A DNA stretch of 63,984 nucleotides, counting the filler, from Octopus bimaculoides (lineage: Eukaryota): the NCBI RefSeq assembly GCF_001194135.2. It is 6 parts of 6 records of this genome, joined end to end, with 100 filler letters (N's around TTAATTAATTAA, not from the genome) between each part and the next. Parts side by side here need not be neighbours in the genome. Positions count along the whole stretch, not along the records: positions 1 to 20,127 come from NC_068984.1; 5 more parts are not named here. One strand, 5' to 3'. The position numbers and the translations under genes were made by a program. The stretch's first letter is position 1, and each line of letters opens with the position of its first letter. The notes under the pieces were generated by a model. The model was not told the origin of the DNA, ran no database searches, and saw only the letters and a list, made by a program, of their open reading frames with translations. Below, in pieces: positions 1-14,045 of the stretch.

Positions 1-276
1 GTGAAATGAATCACCAAAATTGGCCTTTCATTATTTATAATCTGTACCTGTTTGTTTGGTTACGAAATAAAATACACAAAATGTGTTTCTGAATTACGTG
101 TATTTACTTTATATACATATGAGTTGAAAACTTTCTTCTAGCATTCCACTTAATGTCTATGTTCCATGCTGGCATGGATTGGAGAGTTATTAATGTAGAA
201 ATATGGTATTGTAGCTACTAACAGTTGAGGGTTGCGTAGTCTAGACGGCGTTTTTAGATTTCATTATTCTCTTTAA

Positions 277-305
277 CCCGGGCAACGCCGGGTATTTCTG
301 CTAGT
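277..305 (+). mobile_element. Helitron-like 3' terminus
   Basis: GC hairpin CCCGG-GCAACG-CCGGG (277-292) followed 8 nt later by CTAG-T (301-305). Confidence 0.6.
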
Positions 306-765
306 ATATTATAAAAACAGCATCCGAAAGGACGATGCTGGAATATTTACACATTTGGTAAGATGTCAATAAGCGCACAAATATCCAGGACCACATTCAA
401 AAAAGACCAGTTACCAACATACCACATCCGCTGGTTCTCTGACACGGTGTTTCCTCTATCACCCTCTCTGATGCTCTCTCTCTCTCCCTCTTCCCTTCTC
501 TCTCACACTATCGCTTTTCTCCTCCCCCTCTCTCTCTCCCTCTCTGCTTATTCAGCAGATTTGTATACCTTCATCACTGAAACCAACTTGACCGTGTCTC
601 CCACATATTATCTGTGCTTATCACTTTGTATAATTATTTTCTTGCAAAATGGATGCGTTTCTAGCAAAGTTTTCAAACAGGTATCACCCCACAAAATGAA
701 TTTAATGAACTTGAATTAATGTTTCTTGTCATTCTTAAAAATGAATGCCAATATTTCTTCTGTTG

Positions 766-950
766 CAGAATCGTTAGCCCGCTGGGAAAAAGGCTTAGCG
801 GAATTTCGTCCGTCTTCACCTTCTGAGTTCGAGTTTTGTCTTTCATCCTTTCGGGATCGATAAAATAAGTACCAGTCGATCACTGGGGTCGATGTAATCG
901 ACTTACCCCTTTCCCTGAAATTACTGGCCTTGTGTCAAAATTTGAAACCA
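766..950 (+). mobile_element. High-copy SINE family A (gcagaatcgttagc..gcttagcg..ttctgagttc..tttcatcctttcgggg.tcgataaaataagtaccag), representative copy
   Basis: The same unit of about 200 bp recurs at roughly 1670-1880(+), 21660-21875(-), 21900-22105(-), 22148-22350(+), 23165-23360(-), 23420-23605(+), 28738-28952(+), 29015-29070(+), 29775-29940(-), 30060-30210(-), 47680-47885(-), 53830-54050(+), 61120-61330(+) and 61330-61470(-). Confidence 0.85.
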
Positions 951-2445
951 ATATTTCAATTGATCTTACCACTGTGGAATGGCCTACTTTTCTTCAAGAA
1001 ATGTTAGAGTATCAGTCAAACTGTTCCGTATCAGTTACTGTCCTTTATGTCTTGCATCCAAATTCTGCGGCGGTCAACTTTCCCTGGTTAATAAAATCAG
1101 GTAGAATATGCTAGAGCTCTATATGCACAGAATGCAAGAGGTTTTTGATGATATATTTGCAAATTTAATAAAGCAACTCTAATATAGCAAAAACCAAATG
1201 TATTTTAATGAAAACAAATTGCACTCATATTCTCAATAGACTTTCTTATAAGATTATTCTATGAATACACCTTCAGCATGAGTGAGTACTTAAACGCGAG
1301 ACCGGAATCGTTATTCATATGACCTATGTTATCTGATCTGTTAATTTATAAACTTATATTCAAACTTTAAAATATCATTATCTTCTGTTGCATAATATCG
1401 CCGTAGTTATAATATTCAGAGATGAGTATGCATTTTTCATGCTTCTTGAGCATCGACATATTTATTCTGAACTAATTCTGACCGTGTTTCGGTTTATTGA
1501 TATACTGTATCTGTATACTGAGTGATATAAACGTATGTGCATATAAGGTTTCTTTTCAATACCAAATATATTCTTATTGTTATACAAAATCGTCTTACCC
1601 CTCTCCCTCAAAATTACTGGCTCGGTACTACAATTTAAAATCAATATATAATATAGCTCTAAGACAGCGAAGCAGTAGAATCATGATCACGTGGGGCAAA
1701 ATGCTTAGTGCTATTTGGTCCGTTTTACGTTCTGAGTTCAAATTCTGCCGAGATTGACTTTACTTTTCCTCCTCTCGGAGCCGATAAAATAAGTACCAGT
1801 TGAACACTTCGTGTCGATGTAATCGACTTAACCCTCGTTCGAACTTGCAGACCTTGTGTCAAAATTTAAAGCCAAATATAATGTAACTATCCGTTCAACT
1901 CAAAAAAATAAGTCAATCATGATCTGAAAACCTATAAACTGCTTACAAGAATGCATTTATAGTTCTATTGAATATTCCAACTCTGTTACACCTACTGCAA
2001 ATGGATTCTCCAAGCTTTAATGGGGTTCTCATTATTATGTATATGTGACTAGAATATATTTAAATATATATTCATGAATTTAAATCGAATTAATGTTTTT
2101 AGCTTCAGGACAATCAATCTGAAAGCAAATGCTATTTCAATAGTATTTGTTCAATAGTATGAATTTGATTAATTTTTTTTTTATTACACATACCTTTGAA
2201 ATCTACTTAATCTTCATTGCACATTTCAGTTTGCATATTGAACAAATAAGAGCTATCTAAAACTCTTCAAAGTATTTTCTTTGCCAAATAAAAGTCTAGA
2301 GAGATTATCATTCTATACCTTACTTGAAATGTGTTGTATTTGTTGATATAGTACAAAGGCCATTTACTTAATTTGAAATGTACTTAATTTGAAACACATG
2401 CTGATGTTTCAAACTTGGTCATAACTAGGCTTTTGAAAGTACAAT

Positions 2446-3375
2446 TTAAATTCGGATCTTTTCACTATCATCGGCAGATCGAAAAATTATTTTTTTGTAA
2501 CTAAACACTTTCAAACTTCGGACACTGGTAGAATGTGTCATATAAAACATCTTTTACTCTTAGCGTTGTTGAGAAAATTTTCTATTTACGAAATTATTTC
2601 GTGTTAAAGTTGTCGTATTTCGGTAATTTCAACCAATCAATGACGAGTATTCAGCTAAATAAAATTACTGCTGTTGTTTGTCAACAACAACTTCCGGCGG
2701 TGTATATTTCGTTTGACACTGTTATTTATGACACATTTCATCTCAGTTACGTTCATATGAATAAACGAGTGTATCTGAAGCACGTTTACTGCATGACACC
2801 ACCATAATCGTTCGTGCATTTCTACTGCTTGTTTTTCAGCTACTATTTTNNNNNNNNNNNNNNNNNNNNNNNNNNNNNNNNNNNNNNNNNNNNNNNNNNN
2901 NNNNNNNNNNNNNNNNNNNNNNNNNNNNNNNNNNNNNNNNNNNNNNACCCTAAACCTAACCCTAAAACCCTAACCCTAAAACCCTAACCCTAAAACCCTA
3001 ACTCTAAAACCCTAACTAACCCTAACCCTAAAATCCTAACCCTAACACCCTAACCCTAACCCTAAAACCCGAAAGCTAAAACCAGTACAAACGCACGAAC
3101 GATGTCATAAATAACAGTGACACTATACACCGCCGATAGTTGTTGTTGACAAACAACAGCAGTCATTTTATTTAGCTGAATACACGTCATTGATTGGTTG
3201 AAATTACCGAAATACGACAACTTTAACACGAAATAATTTCGTAAATAGAAACTTTTCTCAACGCGAAGAGTAAAAGATGTTTTATATGACACATTCTACC
3301 AGTGTCCGAAGTTTGAGTGTTTAGTTACAAAAATTTAATTTCTCGATCTGCCGATGAAAGTGAAAAGTTCCTTAA
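2446..3375. mobile_element. Foldback/MITE with long imperfect TIRs and internal telomere-like repeats, possibly Kolobok-type
   Basis: 2454-2845 is the reverse complement of 3068-3371 apart from an extra insert of about 74 bp in the left arm. The right end is ...CC-TTAA and there is a TTAA at 2446-2449. The centre is a gap plus (CCCTAA/CCCTAAAA)n at 2947-3070. Confidence 0.75.
2947..3070. repeat. Interstitial telomere-like repeat (CCCTAA with CCCTAAAA variants)
   Basis: Direct reading: ccctaaacctaaccctaaaaccctaaccctaaaaccctaacc... Confidence 0.9.
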
Positions 3376-6300
3376 ATTCAATCGAAATTGAAACCAGTGA
3401 CATTTTACACAAGATAATCAGTAACATTAAGAAAGCCCCGATCATCTCAAAATTGTTAATACTGCCATCTTAAATATTTAAACCAATAATGTGATATTGT
3501 ATAATACAATGTTATATAAGATCTAGAATCTAGTGTAATAATCAATTTACCAATTACGATCTCATTATTCCAAGCATAATGCGTTAATGTGCATGCCAAG
3601 CTATTCCAAGCTTACTTTTCTTTATCAGGTTCCACGTTCCTACACCATGAAAAATTATTGCAACTCCGCATTGATTTTAAATTTGTCTTTTAAGGTTGAG
3701 GGAGTATTTTACTTTAAAAATGGAACTTGCTCTCTCAAAGGCTTATCCGCCAAAGATATTTTATTTCTTCCTATTTCTCTGGATATATAAGTCTGTCAAG
3801 TCAGATTTAACGACTTACTTTTTGAAAAGTTGTTTCTTCAGCTTTGATATCAGGAATTTCAGCTATCAGCTTGTTTAATTTATTCAGTAGTCTCATTTTC
3901 ATTTTAGTCCTATTGTTTTACTTCTTAATGACATTAAATATGAAACGGATGAAACGATATGTATATCTAGTACGGTAAAAAGATGAGATCTGACCGAAAG
4001 TACAAATGGTGAGAATTGACAAGGTAATAGAAAAGGAGCAGAGATGAAATCTTCAATTACTGATTAAGTTTGAAGTAAATTTAAACTTATTTCATGAGTA
4101 GTTAGAGCAGCAACAAAAATAGAATAGAATAGAGTAGCAAGTTAAAGTTTATTTAGATGGACTTCTGCCTATTTATATACAAGAGTATCGCTGCTTTGAC
4201 ACATATCTCCAGTGTTGCGATATGTTTTCTACACTTTGATTAATCAACGTCGATTTGCTTGCTGTCGCTTTTAATTACATGCACTTCAAAACATTTCTTC
4301 ACTAGGCTTTACACACTCAACTTAGACACTCCTTGCCAGACTTAACCTGCATCTATAAGCGTTATCTAATGAAACAGGTCCACCTAGTTCCTTTGAATGG
4401 CGCGAAAACTCAAACACTTTACATACGACGAGAAAATTTATTCAGTCGTCCTTACACATAAGACATATCTAAAACATTCAAAAATGCTAAATTCCATACT
4501 CAACAACCTCTGAAAGACTTTTAAAGCAATCACACTACTTATACTACAGTCCAAAATTCTAGACTTCCTATCCCTCTAAATCAGCTATCTTTGTACTACC
4601 TTTAACGCGATACAAACCCATTCAATGTACCCGATTCCTGCTTTTTTTTTATTTCTCTCCTGTGTTTTATCACCACAATTCCTGTACTAAACATTTCGTT
4701 TGGCCGTCTTCCGTCCTCAGAAGTGTAATTTTCGGGGACCTGACGGTTCACAATTTCCCCATGGGAATCAGTTTGCAAAACTTGAGTGCAGCATCTCAAA
4801 TGTGTCAAATTTACAGTGCCTGGGAGTATTTCCAATAGTTACTGGATACTGTTTTCCTTTCTAGATCTAAATATTAATAGGCACTTTGAAAATAAATTCC
4901 AAATAATTTATCAGCTCCGATAAATTGCTATAAACCTGATATATAACACCTACTAAAATATATTAGATGAAAATTGGGGTAGCTAAGTGTTAACATCAAA
5001 ATTTTCGTCTGTGTGCTGCATCTCAACACTCATCTTTGGAGCCATATTTCATGAAATTTTATACGTAATCAAATTCATCTAGTTTATAAATAAAGAACTT
5101 GTCAGTTTTATTTATTTTCAATGTGTAATATCTTACAAAACAAGCACACAAAAATATTTTCTTTTGTATTTGCATCTTCTACTTTTTTACGAGATGTTTA
5201 TGAATATAATATTTAACATCCAAAGTTTCTTTCTAAATGGAAAACAATATTTATATCTACAAATATGCAGCAAACAGCCTATACAGTTAATAAACTACAG
5301 CTTGGCTATTCCACTCAATTCTATTTGCCTTCTATTTTCCTCCCACATTCTCAAATGAAATTAAATTTTATTGAAAGTTAAACCGCAACTGAAGATGTCA
5401 TCGCGGCTTTGTTACCTATTTCACAATTTTTTAATGAATTCCCATCAGGTTTGGTCATATTTCACCTATTACAGTGCTTAATATAGATATATCTTCACCT
5501 AGTTTATGTTTGGGGACAGTTTATTGTATGCAAACTTCAGTTTTTATTGTATGCAAACTTCAGTTTTCGTATTTTGTTATAAGACTAATATGCTTCAATA
5601 CACTTTGTTTGTTTTTGCTATTCAATTTAAACATAATTTAAACGTCATTTCTTCTTCAACAATACATTATTTACATATATCTTGCACAAAGATTTCTTTA
5701 AAAAAAACTTGAGAACATGACAATCGTCTCAAAATAATACATGAGAATTGTTATAGATGTGTCAAGATTTTCGAATGCATACAAATAGCGTGTGCCTAAG
5801 AGCGTGTGCACATTTGTATGTTACTTATACTCTTTATATTTACGTGCGTGTGAGTGACTCTGTGTGTATGTGTACGCGCGCGCGTGTGCATGCATGTGTG
5901 TACACAAATTTGCTCATTAGTAGCATACGGTTGTTTTACAATACTTTAACTATATTCAGCAATCACATTCGTAATATGAGAAAGCAAAATGAGAAAGAAA
6001 AAATTGCTATATTTTAAAAGAGAGATTTACCAGTATTTAATTTTATTCATTTTATAAATTATTAGAGAGCGAAAGACGCGTGTTGTAAACAAACCTAACA
6101 AATAATAGATAAGGACAATAAGAAGGGAAAAAATGATGCAATCAAAATTCTGAAAGAGAATTACTGAACCACTGCAAAAATGTAAAAATAGAATAGATGC
6201 CATACCAACAAAATCGAGGAATATATAGTTGCGAGAGATGAAGAATATGTAATTAAAAATGTATTAAGTGAAACAAATGAGAAATACATCCGTGAGAGTA

Positions 6301-7322
6301 AGTTGTATAGATTAATATTGCCTCAAATAGATTACTTTAATGTCCTTTCCTTGCTTTCAGCTTCGGTCATTACCTTATGTGTTCTTTACTTATATATTTA
6401 ATCTAATTTTCACTGTTTTGTAATCTTACATCTTGATTTGAAAAGCACCAAAATAAAATACTGTAGATGAGAACCATGATCGTCCGATTTCAATGAGAGT
6501 CATGTGCAAATTTATCATTGTCCAGATGTTATATCGCAATACTACACAGTGGCTGTGTGAGCTACGAAATCCTCGTCGCTACTGCTATATCGCATGTTCG
6601 GATGACCTCTACTCAACTACTACGACGTCTAGACTTCTCCCTCTATATCTACGTATTGGGGTAGCCTATTTCATCGTCTGGGGGCGTCGACACAACACCA
6701 GATAACTCTCTAAAGTTTTGTTACTTCAAAAACATCTTTGATGGACACATTATAACAATATTCTGATGGTTTAAACCCAATTTAAATTTGCTTACCTTGA
6801 AAAACTAAACTTGCATTTAACATGAAAAATGTTCTTCTATATTAAAAGTGGCATATTTCCAAAAGGCAGTTCTGCACAAATTCAGTTACTTATTTATTTA
6901 AGATGTTATCATTGAAAAAGCTACCTCGATATAATGTTTTAATAATGCTGCCGTAATGACAAAAGGTAAAATATGATGGAATATGAATATAGAAAGAAGT
7001 GTAAGGCGATGTTTTCAAATGCACTACAAGGGTGGGGATTTTTTGCGTTCGAAGAGAACAAGTTTATTTTACAATACAGCAATTCATCTAAGCTTCAAGC
7101 TAATTTTGTCTAAATTGATCCATAACGCCAGTGATTCATTATGCCATTACTTCCTGTCAGTTACATGATATGCACAACAAAATTGTTTGATAGTTGTTCG
7201 TTACATTTTCAACAGTGCCATATTTTCTCTCTCAGTTCACCCAGTTGTGGTTGTTGTGGTAATTGCATGCTTTCTGAAAAGAGAGGTCAGTAAGTCATCC
7301 ATTGATACATATCTAAATATCT

Positions 7323-8804
7323 AAATCACGTGAATAGCCATGAATATCCATCGACACGTCTGGTAAGAGTTGATATATCACGACTTTTTATAAATATTTG
7401 AACTGCTAATTTTTAAATAAACTATATAAATATAACATCACAAAATTATGCATGTACTAACACAAAATAATTTAATTATTTCTTGAATTACTAATTAGTC
7501 ATGTTCCCGATATACTTCAATCTAGTAATATTTACATATTTAAATGATCATATCTATGATCATTTAAGGTCATACAACTGACTCTTTTTACAAGATGGTT
7601 GCATGAGATGCATTAAATTTAAAATGTTATTAACTCATCATTCTCTACATATTGTTGAGTAAATCAATTTGGCAACATTTTCATTTTATTTCATAAAATT
7701 TCGTATAGAAATCAATAGATTTAACAATAATTTTTTTGTCATAGTTTACTACTAAACATTCTCTTTATTGTTTTACAGCTCAAATATCATTGTCTTACCC
7801 ATAAAATCTCATCATTTCCGTCTCTAGAAAATATCTTCAGTAAGGTTCCGTTTATACGTTTCGTTAATCAATGTCGAAACTACCCAAAGAACTTTATATT
7901 TTTATTGTTTTCTGCTCCTTATGAACAAAATTATAAATAATTCATAGCAGGTAGTTCTCTGATATTTTCAACATAAAGCGCTCATGGCAGGATTTTTCCA
8001 GGCCCTGAGACTAATGAATGGAAAGAAGAAAATTAACTGCAGACTAGAAACCTGGCTCAAATGTTTGCAACAGAGTGAACGCCATGAAAAACAATAGAGT
8101 CATGTGATGGCGCTAAAGTAGGTGACTGATTAAGTCTACCACTAACGAAAAGAATGCTCCATACGACAGGATTCCACATAATTTCATCAAGTAAAACTTA
8201 TTCAAATTTCATTGTGACACGAGACTATGGTAGAAAACATTACCTCAAGGTACGACAGAGTGGCTTTGAAGCTTAAACCATGTAGTTGCAAAGAGAATTA
8301 CATACAACCATGCCCTGACATAGGCATGACCGTGTCTAGACATGGCTCTATATTTTCCATTGTGTCATTTGAGATTGCATTTCAAAGCTAGTGGACCTCG
8401 TTTAAGGAAATAACCAAAGGCAATAACAAAATCAAATTTTAGTTGCCAACAGTCTTCATAACACTTCGTATAAATAATATACTGATCATTAGATTATTTA
8501 CCAGGATAACAAATGAAAGTGAATATCATTGATGTAGAGTTCTTTGATCCTCTTTTGGTAAAAATTACTGTATACTGCTATTTTGAAAATCACGTGAATA
8601 GCCATGAATATCCATCGACACGTCTGGTAAGAGTTGATATATCACTTTTTATAAATATTTGAACTGCTAATTTTTATATAAACTATATAAATATAACATC
8701 ACAAAATTATGCATGTACTAACACAAAATAATTTAATTATTTCTTGAATTACTAATTAGTCATGTTCCCGATATACTTCAATCTAGTAACATTTACTTAT
8801 TTAA
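7323..8804 (+). repeat. Near-identical direct repeat of about 215 bp (7323-7542 and 8588-8804)
   Basis: aaatcacgtgaatagccatgaatatcc...caatctagtaa occurs twice, with a 3-bp indel and a few substitutions. Confidence 0.95.
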
Positions 8805-9095
8805 CATAACTTAATATTAGTCCTTTGGGATGCTGGACGTTCACAAATTATAGAGATTCTTTCACTAAAGAGAGTTTATATCCTCGGGTTGGCTGTATTT
8901 CTTGTTCGGCAGCACTTGAACTCCAAGTCGTTGTACATATTAACGTATGTATTGAATTATACTCGTTGTTATAACAGTCAACTAATTGGCTACTTCACCT
9001 TGTTTCTTAATTTTAATCATGTAGCGTAAAGAAATTTAATGAAATTCTTGCCTATACACGAGGTGGCTCAGTTATTAGGTTTCACATTGTAAATA

Positions 9096-9149
<54 letters not shown>

Positions 9150-11580
9150 NNNNNNNNNNNNNNNNNNNNNNNNNNNNNNNNNNNNNNNNNNNNNNNNNNN
9201 NNNNNNNNNNNNNNNNNNNNNNNNNNNNNNNNNNNNNNNNNNNNNNNNNNNNNNNNNNNNNNNNNNNNNNNNNNNNNNNNNNNNNNNNNNNNNNNNNNNN
9301 NNNNNNNNNNNNNNNNNNNNNNNNNNNNNNNNNNNNNNNNNNNNNNNNNNNNNNNNNNNNNNNNNNNNNNNNNNNNNNNNNNNNNNNNNNNNNNNNNNNN
9401 NNNNNNNNNNNNNNNNNNNNNNNNNNNNNNNTATATATATATATATATATCCATAGGCATGTGCGTAAAGAAATATAGACAGAAACAGAGAGGGAGGTAT
9501 TTTAACAACCCCCACACCCAACACCAAATCTATTAGATTTAAAATTCAGTTTGTAATGTAAAACAATACTACATATATTAGTGGACAAGGAACCTCTGAT
9601 AAAACTTCCAAGTATTACAATAAAATACCAGAGTGAATTTGTTATTGAAACAGGCGCAGCAATGAAACAAACATAGAAAACGTAGCAAGTGCTCTAACCT
9701 GTCTCTTAGAAAATTTTGTCCTTCCTTACGTATTGATTATAAGCGTCACAAATTTCTTGACAAAAGTACCGTCAACATTTACCTACAACTATATGGAAAT
9801 TGTTAACAGCATTATAACGGGTAAATTTCATTTTGGAGAACCATTTCGAATAATATTGCTAATTATAAGTGCAATTACAAGAATCGACGTACACAGCTGG
9901 ATTAAAACTGCAGACGGGTAGCGTAGTAACATAAAACTGTTACATTTAAATGAGTACAGATTTTAAATTCGTTCCCTCAGTTATACATCTATCTTCAGGA
10001 ACGAGGTTAAGAGAAATGCTTCAGCCTTATCTAGTTACATATGGTAACTGAAGAAAAAGATGAATTTACCCTTTCAACATTAACTTATCAATCGTCATAT
10101 ATAGTATACTTTACGTAAATTAAGGAAGAAATGGCAATGCTGTCCATTCGATAAGTACGATATATTAACAATATAAACAGGAAGACGAATATAATATCAA
10201 AGTGTTGTAATTAGAATAGATTTTATCTATCATTACACGGTAGAGCAATAGATCCGGTTGAGAAACCGATAGTTTGTAGCATGCTTGGTTCTTTGTACCA
10301 ATGAAGAAACCATTAATGTTAGTAATAAACCGGAAATTAGTATCTAACCAAATCAGGTCGCTGAATTCAAGTATGAAGTCCGTTAGTATGAAACTGTTCT
10401 TTGTTCATTGTATAAATATCATATGGATATTAATATTCATTCTTGCATAACTGTTGAAGTAATTGAAATGTAGTGAGCTTTAACTATAGTCTGATACTGT
10501 TTGGGAATATTCTTTCATATGTTGTTACTTGTAGTGAAAAGTTGAAGGATTCTCGGGTAGCATTTTCTTTTTTTAACGATGTGGACACCGCCGGAGTGAA
10601 AGGTACTGCCCAGGTGTCGAAACCATAGTTGTAAAGAGGAAAGTACTTGTAGATTCATAGTATAGTGTACATCGCTTACTTTGGTATTGTTTGGTTTTCT
10701 TCGAACGTAATTTAATTACGCTTGGACAATGCTTAAATATTAGTGTCTAGCTTGGGGAGGATCTGTGGCATGTATATGTTTCTATTTATCCCTCTCTCTC
10801 TCTCCCTTTATATATATATNNNNNNNNNNNNNNNNNNNNNNNNNNNNNNNNNNNNNNNNNNNNNNNNNNNNNNNNNNNNNNNNNNNNNNNNNNNNNNNNN
10901 NNNNNNNNNNNNNNNNNNNNNNNNNNNNNNNNNNNNNNNNNNNNNNNNNNNNNNNNNNNNNNNNNNNNNNNNNNNNNNNNNNNNNNNNNNNNNNNNNNNN
11001 NNNNNNNNNNNNNNNNNNNNNNNNNNNNNNNNNNNNNNNNNNNNNNNNNNNNNNNNNNNNNNNNNNNNNNNNNNNNNNNNNNNNNNNNNNNNNNNNNNNN
11101 NNNNNNNNNNNNNNNNNNNNNNNNNNNNNNNNNNNNNNNNNNNNNNNNNNNNNNNNNNNNNNNNNNNNNNNNNNNNNNNNNNNNNNNNNNNNNNNNNNNN
11201 NNNNNNNNNNNNNNNNNNNNNNNNNNNNNNNNNNNNNNNNNNNNNNNNNNNNNNNNNNNNNNNNNNNNNNNNNNNNNNNNNNNNNNNNNNNNNNNNNNNN
11301 NNNNNNNNNNNNNNNNNNNNNNNNNNNNNNNNNNNNNNNNNNNNNNNNNNNNNNNNNNNNNNNNNNNNNNNNNNNNNNNNNNNNNNNNNNNNNNNNNNNN
11401 NNNNNNNNNNNNNNNNNNNNNNNNNNNNNNNNNNNNNNNNNNNNNNNNNNNNNNNNNNNNNNNNNNNNNNNNNNNNNNNNNNNNNNNNNNNNNNNNNNNN
11501 NNNNNNNNNNNNNNNNNNNNNNNNNNNNNNNNNNNNNNNNNNNNNNNNNNNNNNNNNNNNNNNNNNNNNNNNNNNNNNNN

Positions 11581-14045
11581 AATAAGTGGCGCTTGGTGAA
11601 GAATGTAGTTTGATGTAGCTACCCTCATTTGCACCTCTTGCCGTGAGATAGGTTCATCTTGGACTCTCGACAGGAAGAGGTCCATCTTTGATTTAAAAAC
11701 TCCTACATCTACTTTGTGCAGGTTCCTCAGGCTCTTTGGGAGAATATTAAAAAGCTGTGGGCCCCTGAAACCCAAACTGTTGCAGTAACTGGTCCTGAAG
11801 CGCGATGGCATTGCTGGAATCTTTGGTACTATGCAGTGTCGTCTCGTTCTGGCACTGGTGTAGCTTTCAATGCCAAAATTTGGCATAATTCCAGGATCTT
11901 CCAGATGTATATTACTGCATATCTCTCCTGCCTTCTGTCCGGGGAGTAGAGTCTTAGCTGTTTCAACCTTTCCTAGTAGCTGAGCAGTTGCAAAGAGACA
12001 ATCTTCTTTGTGAATCTTCTCTGGATTGCTTCAAGGTCCGCTGTTAATTTCACACTGGTAGGTGACCATAGCTGTGAGCAGTAATCCAGGCGGCTGAGGA
12101 CGAATGTCCTCCAGAGAACCATCATGGTTTCCTTATCTCTGGTTCTGAATGTTCTCAGGATCCAGCCAGCCAGTCGTCTGCTTTTTGTCGCCATCCTGGT
12201 GATGTGCACTTGGAAAGAGATATCATCACTCATGTCGATACCCAGGTCTCTCACTGATTTAGACTCTGGGATTGAAATTCCCTGCGGACCAGTGTACTCT
12301 GTAAGTTTCATATTCAGTTTTGGACGTTGGTAGCGCAGGGCTTGGAATTTTTCAGCATTAAACTATATATTATTATCCTCAGCTCATCTGTAAACTGAGT
12401 CCAACTCCTGTTGCAGATGTGCAACATCACTGGGGTTCTGTATTTTCTGCGAGACTTTCGTATCGTCTGCGTAGCTTGCAAGGGTGGCTATCCAGGCACT
12501 TGAGGGCATATCTGAGAGGGACACTATAAAAAGCAGTGGTCCCAAGACAGTGCCATGTGTAACACCGCTCACTATTTGTGCTTTCATAGAGGTGGCTCCA
12601 TTAGCCACTACTGCCTGACTTCTATCTTTCAGAAAGTTATGTAACTACTCTCCAAGTTTTCCAGCTATACCAAGATCACGCAGTTTGTGGCATATCATAC
12701 CACTTTGTCAAAAGCTTTTGCAAAATCAAGGTATATTACTCCACATTTGAGTTGTTGAGGCAATGTTGTAAGAGCTGGGTCAGGCAGCTCCTACCTGGTC
12801 GAAAGCCATGCTGGGTATCACTCAGCAATTTATTTTCTTCAAGGAATGCGATTAGTTTTTCTCTGACTATCCTTTCCATGACTTTGCTGATGCGTGAAGT
12901 CAGAGAGATAGGCCTATAGTTTTTGGCATCTACTCTGCTTCTCCCTTTATGGATTCCCTCCTTCAGCCTGCTTGGCAGTCTGCCATTTGCAAGAAAGCTC
13001 TGGAAGAGGATCTGGAGGGGTTTTTCCAGGGCATGCTTACACGATTTGAGGAGGATTGCTGGGAAACCATCAGGACCAGCAGTTGAGTTTGTGTCCACTT
13101 CATCTATAGCTAGTAGTACATCTTCTTCGCTAATGTTGATGTATTCCCTCGTAACTGCCTTTCTGGGGAGGTAGCAAAGAAGTTCACTGGTTCATTCACT
13201 TATCTTTGTACCAACGGGGTGGTGAAAACACTTTTGAACTGGTCATTCAGTACCTCACTGATCGTAGTTGGACTGTCTGTGAGGGAGCCATCCTTTTCGA
13301 AGAGGGGTCCAATCTTGTAGCGTACTAAGGTTGTTTCTTTCGCGTAATGAAAGAAGGCCTTTGGGTTTAACTTAATGTTTTTTATAACCCAGGCTTCTTT
13401 GTCTGCTCTCTCCATCACATAGGATTGTTGCAGCCTTTTTTCAATCTCTATCAGTGTCGTTTCTAGGCGGGACCTTTCGCTACTTTTGGGATGCTGGTTG
13501 AGTCGATTTGCAACTTTCGTCCGTCGTCTCATGAGGATCTTCCTCTCCCTTGGAATTTTGTTCCTATTTGTTTTGGTCTTGTACTCTGGGACATATTTCT
13601 GGCATATGGCTTGAACAATAGACATGAAACATTCTAGTTTCATGTGAGTGTCTGGTTTGGAGAGACATTTCGGCCAATCCTCTCTGAGGATCTCTTTCTA
13701 GATCGATTTCCAGTCTGCTTTGTGGAAGTTCAGATTGGAGAGATTTCGGGTGCTTTCTTTAGGCTGTATGTCTCTGGTTACTTTCGGCCCAAACATAGAC
13801 AGCTCTATTATTTTGTGATCCGAGACTAATGTCGGCGTCACTTTCACATCATGAATGATGTCCATATTGTTCGTGAAGCAGAGATCCAGAATGTTATTCG
13901 CACTAGTTGGTCTGATAACAGCTTGCTCCATGAATAGGGCATTGGTGAGGTTGAGCAGGGACTCCACCTGTGCTTGCTTGCGATGAGTCATTCCTGAGAG
14001 GATGAGACCTTCGGGCCATTTGACCTTGGGGAAGTTGAAATCATC
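11581..14045 (-). mobile_element. 5'-truncated, decayed CR1/L2-group (jockey-like) non-LTR retrotransposon: end of the APE domain, RT and C-terminal region
   Basis: Consecutive minus-strand ORF fragments: DFNFPKVKW...PTSANNILDLCFTN (endonuclease end); TAGPDGFPAILLK, KNYRPISLTS, QHGFRPGRSCLTQLL; SGVTHGTVLGPLLF and SYADDTK (RT); SRLDYCSQLWSP, LEAIQRRFTK; NSLGFRGPQLFNILPKSLRN. Broken by stops, frameshifts and deletions, and the 3' end runs into a gap. Confidence 0.92.

Noticed and set aside
2535-3292. Two similar ORFs MSYKTSFTL.. on opposite strands
   Set aside because: They are the two arms of the foldback element, not paralogous genes.
9068-9536. Long ORFs spanning N runs (also 10743-11886, 27338-28766, 39618-40235, 40937-41960, 42775-43398, 55134-55521, 60243-60974)
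   Set aside because: They are open only because N codons are not stops, and the flanks are microsatellites.
9560-10700. Unique sequence giving hydrophobic translations reminiscent of GPCR or Cys-loop receptor helices (minus strand LLRYPSAVLIQLCTSILVIALII; plus-strand 90-codon frame 9649-9921)
   Set aside because: Several stops in every frame, similar hydrophobicity on both strands as expected from AT-rich DNA, and no diagnostic motif. A BLASTx search would be needed to revive it.
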